Shown: positions 11,299-24,694 of the stretch, piece by piece | How the letters are laid out: the number at the start of each line of letters is the position of its first letter | How positions within the stretch are numbered: position 1 is the first letter of the stretch | Source: Chrysomallon squamiferum | Taxonomy: Eukaryota > Animalia > Mollusca | Length of the DNA: 64,000 nt | NCBI GenBank assembly: GCA_012295275.1 | Contig: CM022667.1 | Location: 15,934,001-15,998,000, forward strand | Direction: 5' to 3' | The notes under the pieces: model-generated | What the model saw: the letters and a program-made list of their open reading frames with translations, nothing else | Database searches by the model: none | Told to the model about the DNA's origin: nothing | Made by a program: the position numbers and the translations under genes

Positions 11299-14200
11299 TC
11301 AAACAACAACAATAACAGCAATGAAAACTGTAAAAAATACCAACACAGAGATACCTGTTCTCATATATCTCTCTGACTTGGCATATTTTGTTTAATGGAA
11401 GGTCAAGGCTGGGTCATAAAATAAAGAAACATTAAATCAGATAACATAAAAATAGCTATTTTTTTGCAAAGTTTGCACTGGTGTATTAAGTAATATTGTA
11501 TTTTCAGTGTATTATGTTAAAAGATGGGCCATATCATGCAATAACCTAGATATGAGTCATGTTGAATACATTAAGCTTTAGCTGTTTCAGATAGACAATT
11601 TTAACAAGTGTTATCACAGCACAAGACTCCCAAGCAGTTAAGACATTAGGAAATGTAATACCTTACACCTGTCATGTTTATGTCACATCTAAGTTCAGTT
11701 CAGTTTTATAACACAGTTTAAATCTGGACAGCATTTTGTTTCATCTGTTAATATAAACAAATAATGCATCAGCATAAGTTTGGGTATTAAACTTAGTTAT
11801 TCTCACCTGCCTTTCTTTGTCATATTATTCTGTTGTAAGCTTCAGTTTATTATTAAAGCACAGTCTGTAGGCACAGTTAGGTTGCCAGCTCAGCCCTCAT
11901 TACTTTTTACATAAGGGTCATTTCCCAATCCAGACAGCTCTCTGCAAGTACTTTATCAAAGACCATCATACATATTTCCATGTCTAAGGAAAGGTGCGAA
12001 CAAAAATATCCTTAACTGATAAATATAAAAGGTAATATATGACCTTTATCATTTAGAATGTAAATACTTGACATGACCTGATTTATAAACTGTATAATTT
12101 TTCATATTATGTTCGTTGTACAGAATGGTATGTCATAATGTTCTGAACATAGCTGGTCTTTGTTAGGAGTTTGTTTGTGTGTATATATATATACTTATTT
12201 TTAATAAATAAGTTATATTTTTGGTGTGTATGTGTATGTAGGTTTGTGTGTGTATGTTTGTGTGTATCTCTCTATATATATATACAGTGTGCAGTGGAAA
12301 TGTTATACTTGCATTGTCATAATCCCTAAAAATATTCCAGGTCAAACAGATCAAGAGATAGAAATCAGATACTTGCCAAATTTATTTATGCATGTCTAAA
12401 TATATTCATATGTGAGATAACTGTTATATATATACACATGTGTGCATATTTATGTTTGTGGTAGAAATAATTTAAAGAATAAAGTACTCAGCATACATAC
12501 ACCTTCACAAGAAGAGAAAAAGAAAATTAAATAAATTAATAAACCCATTTAAAACAACAATATAATAATAATGATAAAAAAGAACTAATAAAATAAAATA
12601 GCATAACACACACACACACACACACACAGACAGACACACACACACATATTTATTTATATCCAGATTTTCTATCCAGCTTCTTCAACATATAATCAGGTCC
12701 ACTTGTGATATTAAAATATCATTCATTCATATTTGTCCAGGTTGTCTTCCCAGTTACTTCAAGGTACAACCAAGCTGACCAAAGCGGTGTTACAGCAGCC
12801 AAAGCGATGTTTCAGAGTGATTTACGGAGATCTGGAGAAACTGCCGCACCGAGTCCGCCACTTTGTGGAGGAGAGTGCCCGCCTGTGTCAGCCCGAGTGC
12901 ATCCACATCTGTGACGGGTCTGACAAAGAAAACGACCTCGTTATGTACGTTCTGCAGAAAGACGGAGTCCTAAAGCCTCTGCCCAAGTACAAGAACTGGT
13001 AAGTGATTACTTATTGTTCTGTGTGTTCAGTGGGGTTTTACTGCATGTTCAGTTCATATTCACTGTGAGTTCATGCACATTCACAATATTCAGTACGAGT
13101 CTGTTTATTAATACATATTGACAGTATGTTCAGTAGAAGTTCACCATATGTTCAGTGTTTTCAGTGCATGCAAAAAAAATGTTCACTATGTTTGTTATAT
13201 GTTAACACTGTGTTCATAGACGTGTTCATAATGTGTTCATACATTCTCACAATGTGTTCAGGTTATTTTTATTATATTTATTAAATGTTTGTATGAAACT
13301 GGTTTAGTTCGACAAATATTTCAGTTTGTGATGAATATTAATATATGTATAGTAAATCTCAAAGACAATAAGATAGGTGTGTGTGTGATGAAAAGAAACT
13401 TTCAAAATACCATCAAAAGCTAGAAATGTTTCATGAAACACTCAGATATTTGAAACATATAATGCTTACAGTTTCTTATTATCAAACCATCCATTGCGTG
13501 TGCTGATTATTTCAAATGTTGTCCTCTCTGCAGCTGGCTTGCTAGGACCGACCCCGCTGACGTTGCCCGAGTGGAAAAGAAAACGTTCATGTCCACCCAG
13601 CTCAAACGGGACACGATCCCCACCCCTAAGTATGGTGCTGACTGCCAACTCGGAAACTGGATGTCTCTGGAAGACATGGAAAATGCCATCAACATGCGCT
13701 TCCCCGAATGTATGAAAGGTAAGAAATTCAGTTTTTGTATCGATTTTATGCAAACAAAAATTGTTGTTGAAAGTTTTAATGGAAGTTTATTCAGTACATT
13801 TATTCTGTGAAATATTAAGAATTATTGGTTACCCATTATGTACATTTATACATAGCAAGGTAGAGAACTTTCTGTTGCTGTATATACATGAATGAATAAG
13901 CAGAAATTTACATAAAATAAACGCTGTAAGGAATATTTGTTTAGTTAAATGGAAAAGTTAATCCACATAATGCAAGGGAGATAACTCAAATTATTATTAT
14001 AATTTGAAATTGAAGCTATTATGGTTTACTAAAATATATATGCTGGACTGAATGTAACTTAATAATTATTTAAATTAAAAAGTATATGAAATAAGAATTT
14101 AAGAGACAGGAGGAAAAAAGGACATTAAATATTAATTATGTTTCTTTTTTAAATTATCTTTGTATAAAAACATTTTTCATTATTATAACTGTTTTAATAG

Positions 14201-17200
14201 ATGTTAATTACAATAAAATTTTGTTAATTTGCAGGCCGCACAATGTATGTCATTCCATTCAGCATGGGCCCTGTTGGGTCTCCACTTTCAAAGATTGGTG
14301 TTCAGTTGACTGATTCTGCTTATGTGGTGGCCAGCATGAGGGTCATGACCCGGGTCGGGACAAATGTTCTTAAGGTCTTGAGTGACGAAGAGTTTGTCAA
14401 GTGTCTTCACTCTGTGGGTAGACCACTTCCTCTGTCTAGTAAGTAATATTTCATTAACATTTTTTTTTAATTTTTTTTTTTTAACTCAATTTTAATATAA
14501 TGGTGTACTGAATAACAGCGTAATAAATATATAGTGTTTTTTAAGCTGATGGTTTCTTGTTAATATTGTTTATTAGTTGAATTAATCAAAATGCTCTTTA
14601 AAATTATTTTTATATAATTTGATAATGGAGTTGTAATCAATATGTTTTAACACAATTTGTTATAAAATTAGTGAAAATATTCAACCCATAACGTCAGAAC
14701 AAATGAAGGAAGAATTAATAAATTGTTTAGTCTTTCTGTAATCACAAAAAAAAAAAAAAATATTAGAGAACATATTAGCTACTTTTTTTTAATGAATAAT
14801 TAGTAAGATAATTAAAAACAATTTATTTATATTTATGTTTTTGAAAAACATTAACAAAATAATAAAAAAAGGATAAAACAACAAAGTCAACTAAAATAAA
14901 TAAATAGAAATTAATATTTTATCCTTATTATTTTCTAAAAGATCACAGACATCAACAACATAAATAAATAAATAAATAAATACTATTATTTCAGCACCCC
15001 TCCACAACAACTGGCCATGCAACCCCCAGCAGACAATGATTGCTCACATTCCTCATCGTAATGAAATTGTCTCATTTGGAAGTGGGTATGGTGGAAATTC
15101 CCTGATGGGGAAAAAATGCTTTGCTCTAAGACTTGGCTCAATTCTTGCCAAGAAAGAAGGCTGGCTTGCGGAGCACATGCTTGTAAGTATAAACTTTTAT
15201 AAACAAGAGGTCTTAGACAAATGTGTTGTTCTGTAGTTAAGTAAAAAACATATTCTAATGTTTCCATAGGGTAATACTAAAACAGTCCTGGCTATTAACA
15301 GGTAAGGTGCACTCATTTGATCTGTATGTCAACAACTCCAGGCAATTTGATATCTATATCATGTTCTAATTAGCATTTCAAAGGTCACAAAAAAATATAT
15401 ATTTCTTAACCATCCTTTGACTGTCTTCATAATTAATGTTATCTTATACACTGTAAATTAGTTGGCCAGTTGGGTATCCCCAATATTTTATATTTATATA
15501 AACATGCACTATTTTTCATTTACTACATTATTATTATTATTGTATTTTTTTGCAGATTCTTGGTATTGAAAATAACAAAGGTCAGAAGAAGTACATTGCA
15601 GCAGCATTCCCCAGTGCTTGTGGCAAAACCAACATGGCCATGATGTCGTCAGCACTGCCTGGTTACAAGGTCACCTGTGTTGGTGACGACATTGCCTGGA
15701 TGAGGTTTGACAAGAATGGGAAACTCAGGGCTATTAATCCAGAAGCCGGATTCTTTGGTGTTGCTCCAGGTAAAACTAAAATTTCATTATTTTTAACTAA
15801 TTTAATAAAAAAATATATATTTTGTAGAATAAAATTACAGTTTTCTAGTAATATATAAAAGTTATCTCTGTTCATCTTTATATGAAAAAGAATCTCTATG
15901 ACAGTGCCAGATATATTTACCACTAACCATCTGAAACAGGCTTTTTATCCTTTATTTTAATTTTCTAAAACAATTTATTGTCATTTGAATGTTCATAATT
16001 TATTCAACATATTTAGTGACTGTTTTCTAGAGGTAATTAATTAATTTATCTTTAATTAATTCTGTTTTGTTACATAGGTACTTCCAAAAAAACTAATCCT
16101 ATTGCCATGGAAACGGTCAAGAGCAACACCATCTTCACCAATGTGGCTGAAACCAGCGATGGTGGATTCTTCTGGGAGGGAATGGAAGATGAAATTCCAA
16201 AGAATGTTACAATCGAGTCTTGGCTGGGAGAGAAAAACTGGACCAAAGAAGAAAGTGACAAACCAGCAGCCCACCCCAACTCAAGGTAAAATTTAATAAA
16301 TAAAAAAAAAATAAAAAAATAAAAAAATAAATAAGCCTCACCACCAACAAAAAAGAATAAGGTAAATATTAAAGTCAATATATAAATATAAAGATAAATA
16401 AACTAAAAAGATCAAGAAAACTATTAAATAAATAAATAAATGGTAAAAAAAAAAAAGAATAAAAGTTTATAGATCAAAGTAAAAAATTCAATAACAAAAA
16501 CAAATTTAAATGATCAAAGCAAAAATAAAACAGCTTTTTAATGAACTGAAAACAAATGAAAAAACTAAGTGAATAAATAAAATGCTAATCACTGTCGATA
16601 TTTTGAAGTAAAGTTGTTTCATGTATGAAGGGAAATAACTCTTATTCTGTGCATTTGATGATAAGTGTAAACATTTTGCTTCTCAGTTTTTAAATAATGT
16701 TTTTATTTATTTACTTCTACTTTATTTTTATTGGTTTTAATTTTCAGGTTCTGCACACCAGCCTCACAGTGTCCTATAATGGATCCAGACTGGGAAAGTG
16801 CTGAAGGTGTCCCCATTGATGCCATCATTTTTGGTGGCAGACGTCCAAAAGGTGAGTGCAGTATTATTTATTTTATTAAAAAAACCTCTCAAATTTGTTA
16901 CATTTTTATTTTTATGAAAAACTAATTAATATTTCTCTTTAAAAAAAAAAAAAAAAAGAAATTAAAAAATTAATAATAATAATAATAGTAGTAGCAATAG
17001 CAGTAGCAGTAGTACTAACAACAACAACAACAGTAATAAATAAATAAATAAATGATAATAAAAAACATAAGTAAATTAATTAAATTATTCTTTTCACAGG
17101 AGTTCCACTTGTTTATGAGGCATTCAACTGGCAACACGGAGTCTTCATGGGTGCATCAATGAGGTCGGAATCAACTGCAGCAGCAGAACACGTTGGCAAG

Positions 17201-17653
17201 GTCATCATGCACGACCCATTTGCCATGCGACCTTTCTTCGGCTACAATTTTGGTGACTACCTCAAACACTGGCTCAGCTTTCAAGACAAACCAAATCTGC
17301 AGCTACCTAAAATTTATCACGTCAACTGGTTCCGAAAAGATTCGAATGGTCATTTCATCTGGCCAGGATTTGGCGAAAATGCTCGAGTTCTCGACTGGAT
17401 CTTCCGTCGCTGTGAGGGTGAAGACTGCGCTGAGAAGTCAGCCATTGGCTACATTCCAAAAGAAGGAGCACTGAATTTGACTGGACTTAAAGATAAAGTC
17501 GACACGAAAGAACTCTTTTACCTTCCTCCTGACTTCTGGAAACAAGAAGTTTCCGACATCGATAAATATTTTGATGAGCAGGTGAATGAGGATTTGCCTT
17601 CGCAGATTAAAGAGGAACTTGAGAAACTGAAAGAGCGTGTTTCTTCTCTGTAA
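10729..17653 (+). CDS. PCK: Phosphoenolpyruvate carboxykinase [GTP], paralogue A; mitochondrial-type isoform using first exon 1b (~646 aa)
   Basis: Exons 10729-10754, 12741-12998, 13534-13718, 14235-14438, 14995-15182, 15556-15769, 16078-16285, 16748-16851, 17100-17653. All introns are GT-AG; total 1941 nt with open frame. Family motifs present: [54 protein letters not shown]. The N-terminus [33 protein letters not shown] is basic with no acidic residues. Confidence 0.96.
13015..13262. repeat. Degenerate TGTTCA/TATTCA-based minisatellite in a PEPCK-A intron
   Basis: Many tgttcag/tgttcac/tattcac units at short, irregular periods. Confidence 0.6.
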
Positions 17654-18530
17654 ATTCATGTTCCAAAAATATGCACTTTTATTACAGCCCCTTTTTTAAA
17701 TTAGACTCTTAAATTGTAGTGGACTCTGAAAAGTGACATTTTTTACTGTTGTTGGTTTTTTGGTGAACTTTACAGCTGTTAGGACAATCTTGTTTTGCAA
17801 TAGTATTTTAAATGTTGTTCATGTATAACTTATATAAATGTGTGGTTTTTATTTTCGGTTGATTTATTCATATATTTTGAATTTTTTTCCTTTGTTTATT
17901 TTATCCTGTTTTTAATATTAAATATTTTCTTTTCAGTGTTATTTATTTGTATTTATCAGTTAACTTTTTATTGATTTTTTTGGGGGGGCAAAGAATTATT
18001 CATTTTTGTTTATTAATCTTTTTGTTTTCATGTTTATTTTCAAAATAAATAAATATTTTAGCCTATGGAATCTTGTACATTCAATGTATTTAATTTGTTT
18101 TTTTTATGGTTTATTGTGTCACATCTACTATTTCTTATACATTTTTACTATTTCATCTGTATTTATAATACTTAAAATAAGATAAAAATTTAAAAATTAA
18201 GAAAACAAAAAAGAAAGAAATCTTTTAAATTTTATACATATATGGATTTTTTTTAAACTTCATTTATAAGAAATTAACATGTTTTGTGTACATATTTGTA
18301 AAAACTGTTTTTCTTACTTTGGAAGAGAAGAAAAAAATGTATGGTTTAATAAGTCCTTCATTTTATATTGATAACCAATAAACATAATGATAATGAAAAA
18401 TCTACAAGGCTATTGTACCTTTGACTCAGGTTTTTAAGTATATCTGCCTCTATCTGTCTGGAACAGAGTTTCAAACCTTGTTTGTACATGTACATAAGTG
18501 AAAGAAAGCACACACAAAATAGCGCACATT

Positions 18531-18561
18531 ATTTCCCATGTTCATAATGAACATGGGAAAT
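18531..18561. other. Perfect 15-bp inverted repeat with a 1-nt spacer, downstream of the PEPCK-A stop
   Basis: ATTTCCCATGTTCAT-A-ATGAACATGGGAAAT. Confidence 0.9.
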
Positions 18562-19731
18562 GAGAAAATGTTACAGACTGCAAAAACTGATTTACTCTTT
18601 TTCATCTTCCTAAATTAAAAAACCAGGCAAAATTAAGTAAGAATACATTTGCTTTGTTTTTGTTATTTTTTCTTATTTGTACAGACTGTGATATAATCAA
18701 ATTGTTTTTTTATTTTATTTTATTTCTTTTATTTGTTCAACTTTTCTTCTATTTGTTTTCAAGTTGTACATAATATGTATGATAACAGGCTGGGATATAT
18801 AATTATTATGAAATATACATGCAAATAAATATTTTGCTTTTTATGTGTAAATAGGCATTAGTGAAATTATCATTTTAAATTTTTTTTTTTTTTTATGAAA
18901 TACCAGTTTATAATGATACAAAAAGATAAAATCATATTTTTCTAAACTGACTTGAAAAGCTTTAATGAGAACACCTGGACCAATATTAAACATATGTTTT
19001 TTTTTAATTAATGCCTTTTAGACATATTTTGGGGAATTCTTAACATTATACAACATATTTAAATGCCTTACAATTCACATTATTTTATATATACAAAAAT
19101 GATTTATGATTGCTTTTATATACATTATATACTAACAGTTGTTAATATTTTGTGTGGTTTTTAGTGGTTAGTGTCTTAATAGTGTTGTTGGTATTGATGT
19201 ATGATTTTATTACAGCTTAATTACTATATGAAATAAAAACAATAATAATAATAATAACAATAATAATGCTGAGTAAATCTCACATGGATTGATTTGCTGT
19301 AAGAAACATGCACACAGTTCATAAAGTTTTCATAACAGAAAGGACAAGTAACATACAAAATGTTTACTTTATTTTACGTTCTAAGATGCTACTGAAAAGA
19401 AATGAAATAGTGAATTTTGGATCTGGGTTTTATTTTTATATTTTTAGTGTAAAAGAGAGAGAGAGTGTGTGTGTGTGTGTGTGTGTGTTTATTCACAAAT
19501 GTGTTTACGAGCAGTACGTATGTGTTTCTGTTGTAAGTTGTTGATCTCGAATTTTGTTATTTAATCAGAGTATGTCCACATGTCTGGTCTTAAACAGAAG
19601 TTTGTTAAACAGCATAATCTATGAAAATGCTATTAAAATAAATAAAAAATTGTGAAAACAAATTGTATTATTTATTTATATTTTATGTTTACATTTTTAT
19701 TACAGGGAAAGGAATGATGGTGGGTGTATGT

Positions 19732-19779
<48 letters not shown>

Positions 19780-20505
19780 TTAAAATCTATAATTATTAAT
19801 TACTGTGTTATTATGTAGCAAGAATTAATATTTATTTATTAACATAATATAGCACATTGATACATTAATTGTTGTTATGTGCCACACATTATTACACACA
19901 TGCAGAAACCTGTTTGCAACCACAGGACATGTCCTAATTTGCCAGTTGAGGGTTAGGTGTCATTTATATCTTTCAACAAAAGGAAAATACTGAACTAGGC
20001 ATTGTATGTCAACAGTTAAATGGAAAATGACAAACAGAGTGCACTGATGACTGATTACCAGTTTATTAGTCATGAGTAAAGTCAATGAACTGTAACCATT
20101 CCCTGATAATTCTGTGATTAGTTAATATTTTAATAATAAATTAATAATATTAAAAACGAAATAATAGATACATAAATGTATAAAAAAATAAAATAAAAAT
20201 AAAATAAAATAAAATAAAAAAGATTGAAATAAAATAAAAACAATCAACATAATAATAATCTATATACTTAACTCAAAGTTTCCATTTTTCACTTAGTTTC
20301 ATTTACCTTTGACTACACTGATAAACTAAAATCAACGATCAGTCCTAGAAGAAATAATTCTGCTTGCTTGAATTTTCGGTTGCGTAGATGCACAATCACG
20401 TGATGAGAATCATATCATCATAATGGCGCACTATCAACTCGGTAGCCGGATATAAGCAGGAAATAAACAAGAAAACTTATAATAACAACGGTAGTAGAAG
20501 TCGTC

Positions 20506-20537
<32 letters not shown>

Positions 20538-20868
20538 TTATATTAAAATAAGATACCTTACCTCAGCATTTCTAATCTTATTAACAAACTCGTCTGTGTA
20601 AATATTGATGACGTCATAATAGTGTGATCTAACAAATCGGTAACTGGACATAAAACAGGCAAACTTAGAGAAACATGAAGTAAACAGTAAAATTAACAGT
20701 TATAGTAATATGATAATAATGATAGTAGTAACAGTAGTAGTAAACGTAGATGCATCGTGATGGTCAAATGAACAACTGGTTTATTTTTGTATAGTTCATA
20801 ATAAAGGATAAATAAGTATTTTATGAGTCATAACTATTTTTTTTTCTTATTACTTAAAGTTTTCAAAA

Positions 20869-20911
<43 letters not shown>

Positions 20912-21304
20912 GGTAAAAAAAAAAAAAAAAAAAAAAAATGACGTTTTATTGCTTTATTTTTTATAGCTGAAATACAAATAAAACAAAACATAATTCAGTG
21001 TTAATTTTCTCTCTTTTAATAAAGGCATCGAATGTTGTCTAATACTTGTACGAAAACAACATCGATCTGTAGTCAACAACAGCAGCAACAACAACAACAA
21101 CAATAATAATAATAACAAAATCGCCTTATTAAGGTCAAGGTTGGTAAATTTAATAGTGCACTGTCATCAAATAACCATGAATCGAAAACGAATTGCACAG
21201 TTAGACATGCATCGATATGAATATTGTTAATTGATAAAGCATTAGGATAAAAAAGTAGAGTGTAAGTGGCCGGGCTTACAGTTAAATCTTAATATATATG
21301 AACT

Positions 21305-21309
<5 letters not shown>

Positions 21310-21341
<32 letters not shown>

Positions 21342-21364
21342 CATACATACATACATATATACAT

Positions 21365-21460
<96 letters not shown>

Positions 21461-21469
21461 ATGTATGTA

Positions 21470-21503
<34 letters not shown>
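21310..21503. repeat. (AT)n/(ATAC)n/(GT)n compound microsatellite
   Basis: Read directly from the sequence. Confidence 0.95.
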
Positions 21504-21949
21504 GGCCTACAGCGTGTTAGGATAGTAGGGATGTTGACATATACAGTGATAAATATACGTGTATACACTTTCAACAGTCATAAAATTAATTTTACTTGTC
21601 TTTATTCGTTTAATATGATTCTGAAGAACCTCTAACTGTATTCATTTTTTGAAAACTATAACATTATAATTACATCCCAAGCATAATTGAAAGAGGTGTA
21701 CTAATTAATAAAACAAAAACAAAATAAATATGTAAATCCATTTGAAGCAAATAGTAACAACCCTTCATTATTATTATTATTGAAATTATTTGGGTCAAGC
21801 AAACCCATACTGATACACGTGATAGGGGTGAAAGGTATTATCATATAAACTTAATATAATAATTTTAAATAAACGCTTCTATCCACATAAATTAATAATG
21901 CGTATAGACATTTATTAATGACTAATTACTTATATTAATATAAATGCAT

Positions 21950-22138
21950 CAGCCAATCCAATTAATTTTGCTAATTGAAATGGTTTGTTCGTAAGGGACG
22001 CGACGGTTATTTTCAGCTGCTCCGCCTAATTTGTTATTATAAAGTAGCGTGAACCAGTCTAACTGACATTCAGACGACCTTAAGCAGCCTTGAAACGAAA
22101 AGCTAAGAGAAACAGAGGAGATCGGCAGCGAATTTTAG
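21950..22138 (+). promoter_or_regulatory. Putative core promoter and non-coding first exon of PEPCK-B
   Basis: CCAAT 21953; GC-box-like CTCCGCC ~22020; TATAAA 22038-22043; Inr-like CATTC ~30 bp downstream at 22067; donor AG|gtaggt at 22139. An acceptor at 24685 lies just before the ATG at 24695. Confidence 0.6.
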
Positions 22139-22580
22139 GTAGGTTCCTTACAATTATTTTTGTGGCAAGTAACAGTCATCCGGCATGCAATAATCTACAA
22201 TGCTTTTACGTTAACTATGCTTTTTAAAAAAGAAATAATCATGTTATTTGCCAAAAAATAATAATGGAAATGTTTATAGTGGAACATCCTTTCCACATAG
22301 TATTTATTTATTATCCTTGACCTTGTCCTTCTTAAACGTCATATTCAAGGCCATTAATGTTATGGCGATAAACATACGAAAAACAGATCTAAGCACTTCA
22401 TAGCTATTATGTTACGTTAACTGCAAAACAGTGTCATTAAGTGGTAAATAATAGTTAATTTTGTACACAGTGTCATATCTACGTGTGAAGATGCATGGAT
22501 GTTGCGCAATGTTCCCGTGATCGGTCAAGGTCGTTTGAAGTCGCTTTATGATAGACCTTGACAAGGTGATCATGTTGTGT

Positions 22581-22724
22581 ATATTGAAAACATTATTATC
22601 CTCATGAGATAAAATATTTTGAAAATACATTATTTATTTTATTAACAAAATGCAACACATCACTGTAAAAAAAATTTAAATTTTTAAATTTTAGACTGGT
22701 ATATAATACAAACAGTTGTTAGAG

Positions 22725-22761
<37 letters not shown>

Positions 22762-23416
22762 TATAAAATAATAATAACACAAAAAAAAAAGAGAGAGCGA
22801 GAAAAAAGAGCAACTGACCTTCCCTCAACTTCAAATCTTAGTAATATAAATGTATTATTTTTCAAACCAATTTTGCTCTGTGTCATAAGTAGTTTTCTTT
22901 CCTTTATTTGCCAAGTTCTTATCTCATTGCAGTATCTCATATTGAAAACATTATTATCCTCATGAGATAAAATATTTTGAAAATACATTATTTATTTTAT
23001 TAACAAAATGCAACCCATCACTGTAAAAAAATTTAAATTTTAAAATTTTAGACTGGTATATAATACAAACAGTTGTTGGAGATATAATAATAATAATAAT
23101 AATAAAATAATAACACAAAAAAAAAAAAAGAGAACGAGAAAAAATAGCAACTGACCTTCCCTCAACTTCAAACCTTAGTAATATAAATGTATTATTTTTC
23201 AAACCAGTTTTGCTGTGTGTCATAAGTAGTTTCCTTTCCTTTATTTGCCAAGTTCTTATCTCATTGCAGTATCTCGTATTGAAAACATTATTATCCTCAT
23301 GAGATAAAATATTTTGAAAATACATTATTTATTTTATTAACAAATGCAACCCATCAGTGTAAAAAATTAAAATTTTTAAATTTTAGTCTGGTACATAATA
23401 CAAACAGTTGTTAGAG

Positions 23417-23463
<47 letters not shown>

Positions 23464-23635
23464 TAATAACACACACACAAAAAAAAAAGAACGAGAAAAA
23501 ATAGCAACTGACCTTCCCTCAACTTCAAACCTTAGTAATATAAATGTATTATTTTTCAAACCAGTTTTTCTCTGTGTCATAAGTAGTTTTCTTTCATTTA
23601 TTTGCCAAGTTCTTATCTCATTGCAGTATCTCATA
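22581..23635. repeat. Three-copy tandem repeat (~340-360 bp unit) in the first intron of PEPCK-B
   Basis: Units beginning (a)tattgaaaacattattatcctcatgag start near 22581, 22940 and 23277. They are near-identical apart from internal (AAT)n and poly-A lengths, and explain the repeated MYFQNILSHEDNN ORFs. Confidence 0.92.
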
Positions 23636-24694
23636 TGTTTACATAACTAATAACTTGACAGCCTATTATCTGACTACAGTTTCTCAGGCAGCTAAAGTTA
23701 GAACAGAGACCTCTTTATATAGATAAGAGAATAACAATATCAAATTACAAAGATAATCTGGACTCGATAAATGCACATTTAAATATATGTACAGAGGCAG
23801 CCATGTAGAAAAGTATATATATATATATTGAGTTGAGAAATACTTAAGAAGTATGTTTTTAATATGAAAATTGTTTATCTTAATAACAAAATATAGTCAC
23901 AAATTTTATGTACATCTCTATTAAATCCGTTGATTTTTAAAACCTGATATGTGTTTTCTGTATTTTTGGGCTTTTATTTTTCTTTCATATGAATAGGGAG
24001 AAATGTGTGGAAATTTTTAATCGATATATTTAATTTCAGATTTTGTTTCAATCATACATAGATACTAACAGATCATCTCTACCATATTTTCAAATATAAA
24101 GTACTTGGAAAATATTTTGTAGAGTATCATATTAATCTAAAATATCATAAAGCAAGTTTTTACACTGATTATTTTAAAATAATTTTTATTATGGCCACAG
24201 AATGAGAAAATTTTGAAAATTAAATTTTTTATTTTGCTGAAGGTGAGCATGACATTATTCATACATTGTGATCTTATTAAAGAACCTATCAAGGTGGGGG
24301 GAGGGAGGGAGGAAGAGAGAGGGAGGGAGAGAGGAGAGAGTGTGTGTGTGTGTGTGTGAGTAAGTAAGTGAAAAAACAACAAAACAAAGAACAAACCCAG
24401 ATATAAAAATCCCAAGCAGAAACAACGGATGCGGTAATAATTTTCTAATGAGTGAATACTTTGTAATTTTAGCCTGGTGAACATTTTGCAATGTTGGCTG
24501 AGTTATTAATGTCTGTTATTCTATTATTTATTTTCACATTTTAACACAGTGGTGATTTTCTGATTTTTCTCTTAAATTTTTTGTGATTATTTTCTAATCT
24601 TTTTTTTTCTTTTTTTTTAATATATTTTTTCATACTTTAACATGGATGACTTTTCTGATGTTTTTAGCATGGTGTTTATTTTCAGTAAACAACC

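Noticed and set aside
17438-17659. Antisense or shifted-frame ORFs over PEPCK exons (also 13466-13753 and 32189-32443)
   Set aside because: These are shadows of real coding exons.
22412-23634. Repeated MYFQNILSHEDNN.. ORFs suggesting a small peptide family or CRISPR-like array
   Set aside because: They are by-products of a three-copy intronic tandem repeat with different frameshifts. There are no unique spacers, and the context is eukaryotic.
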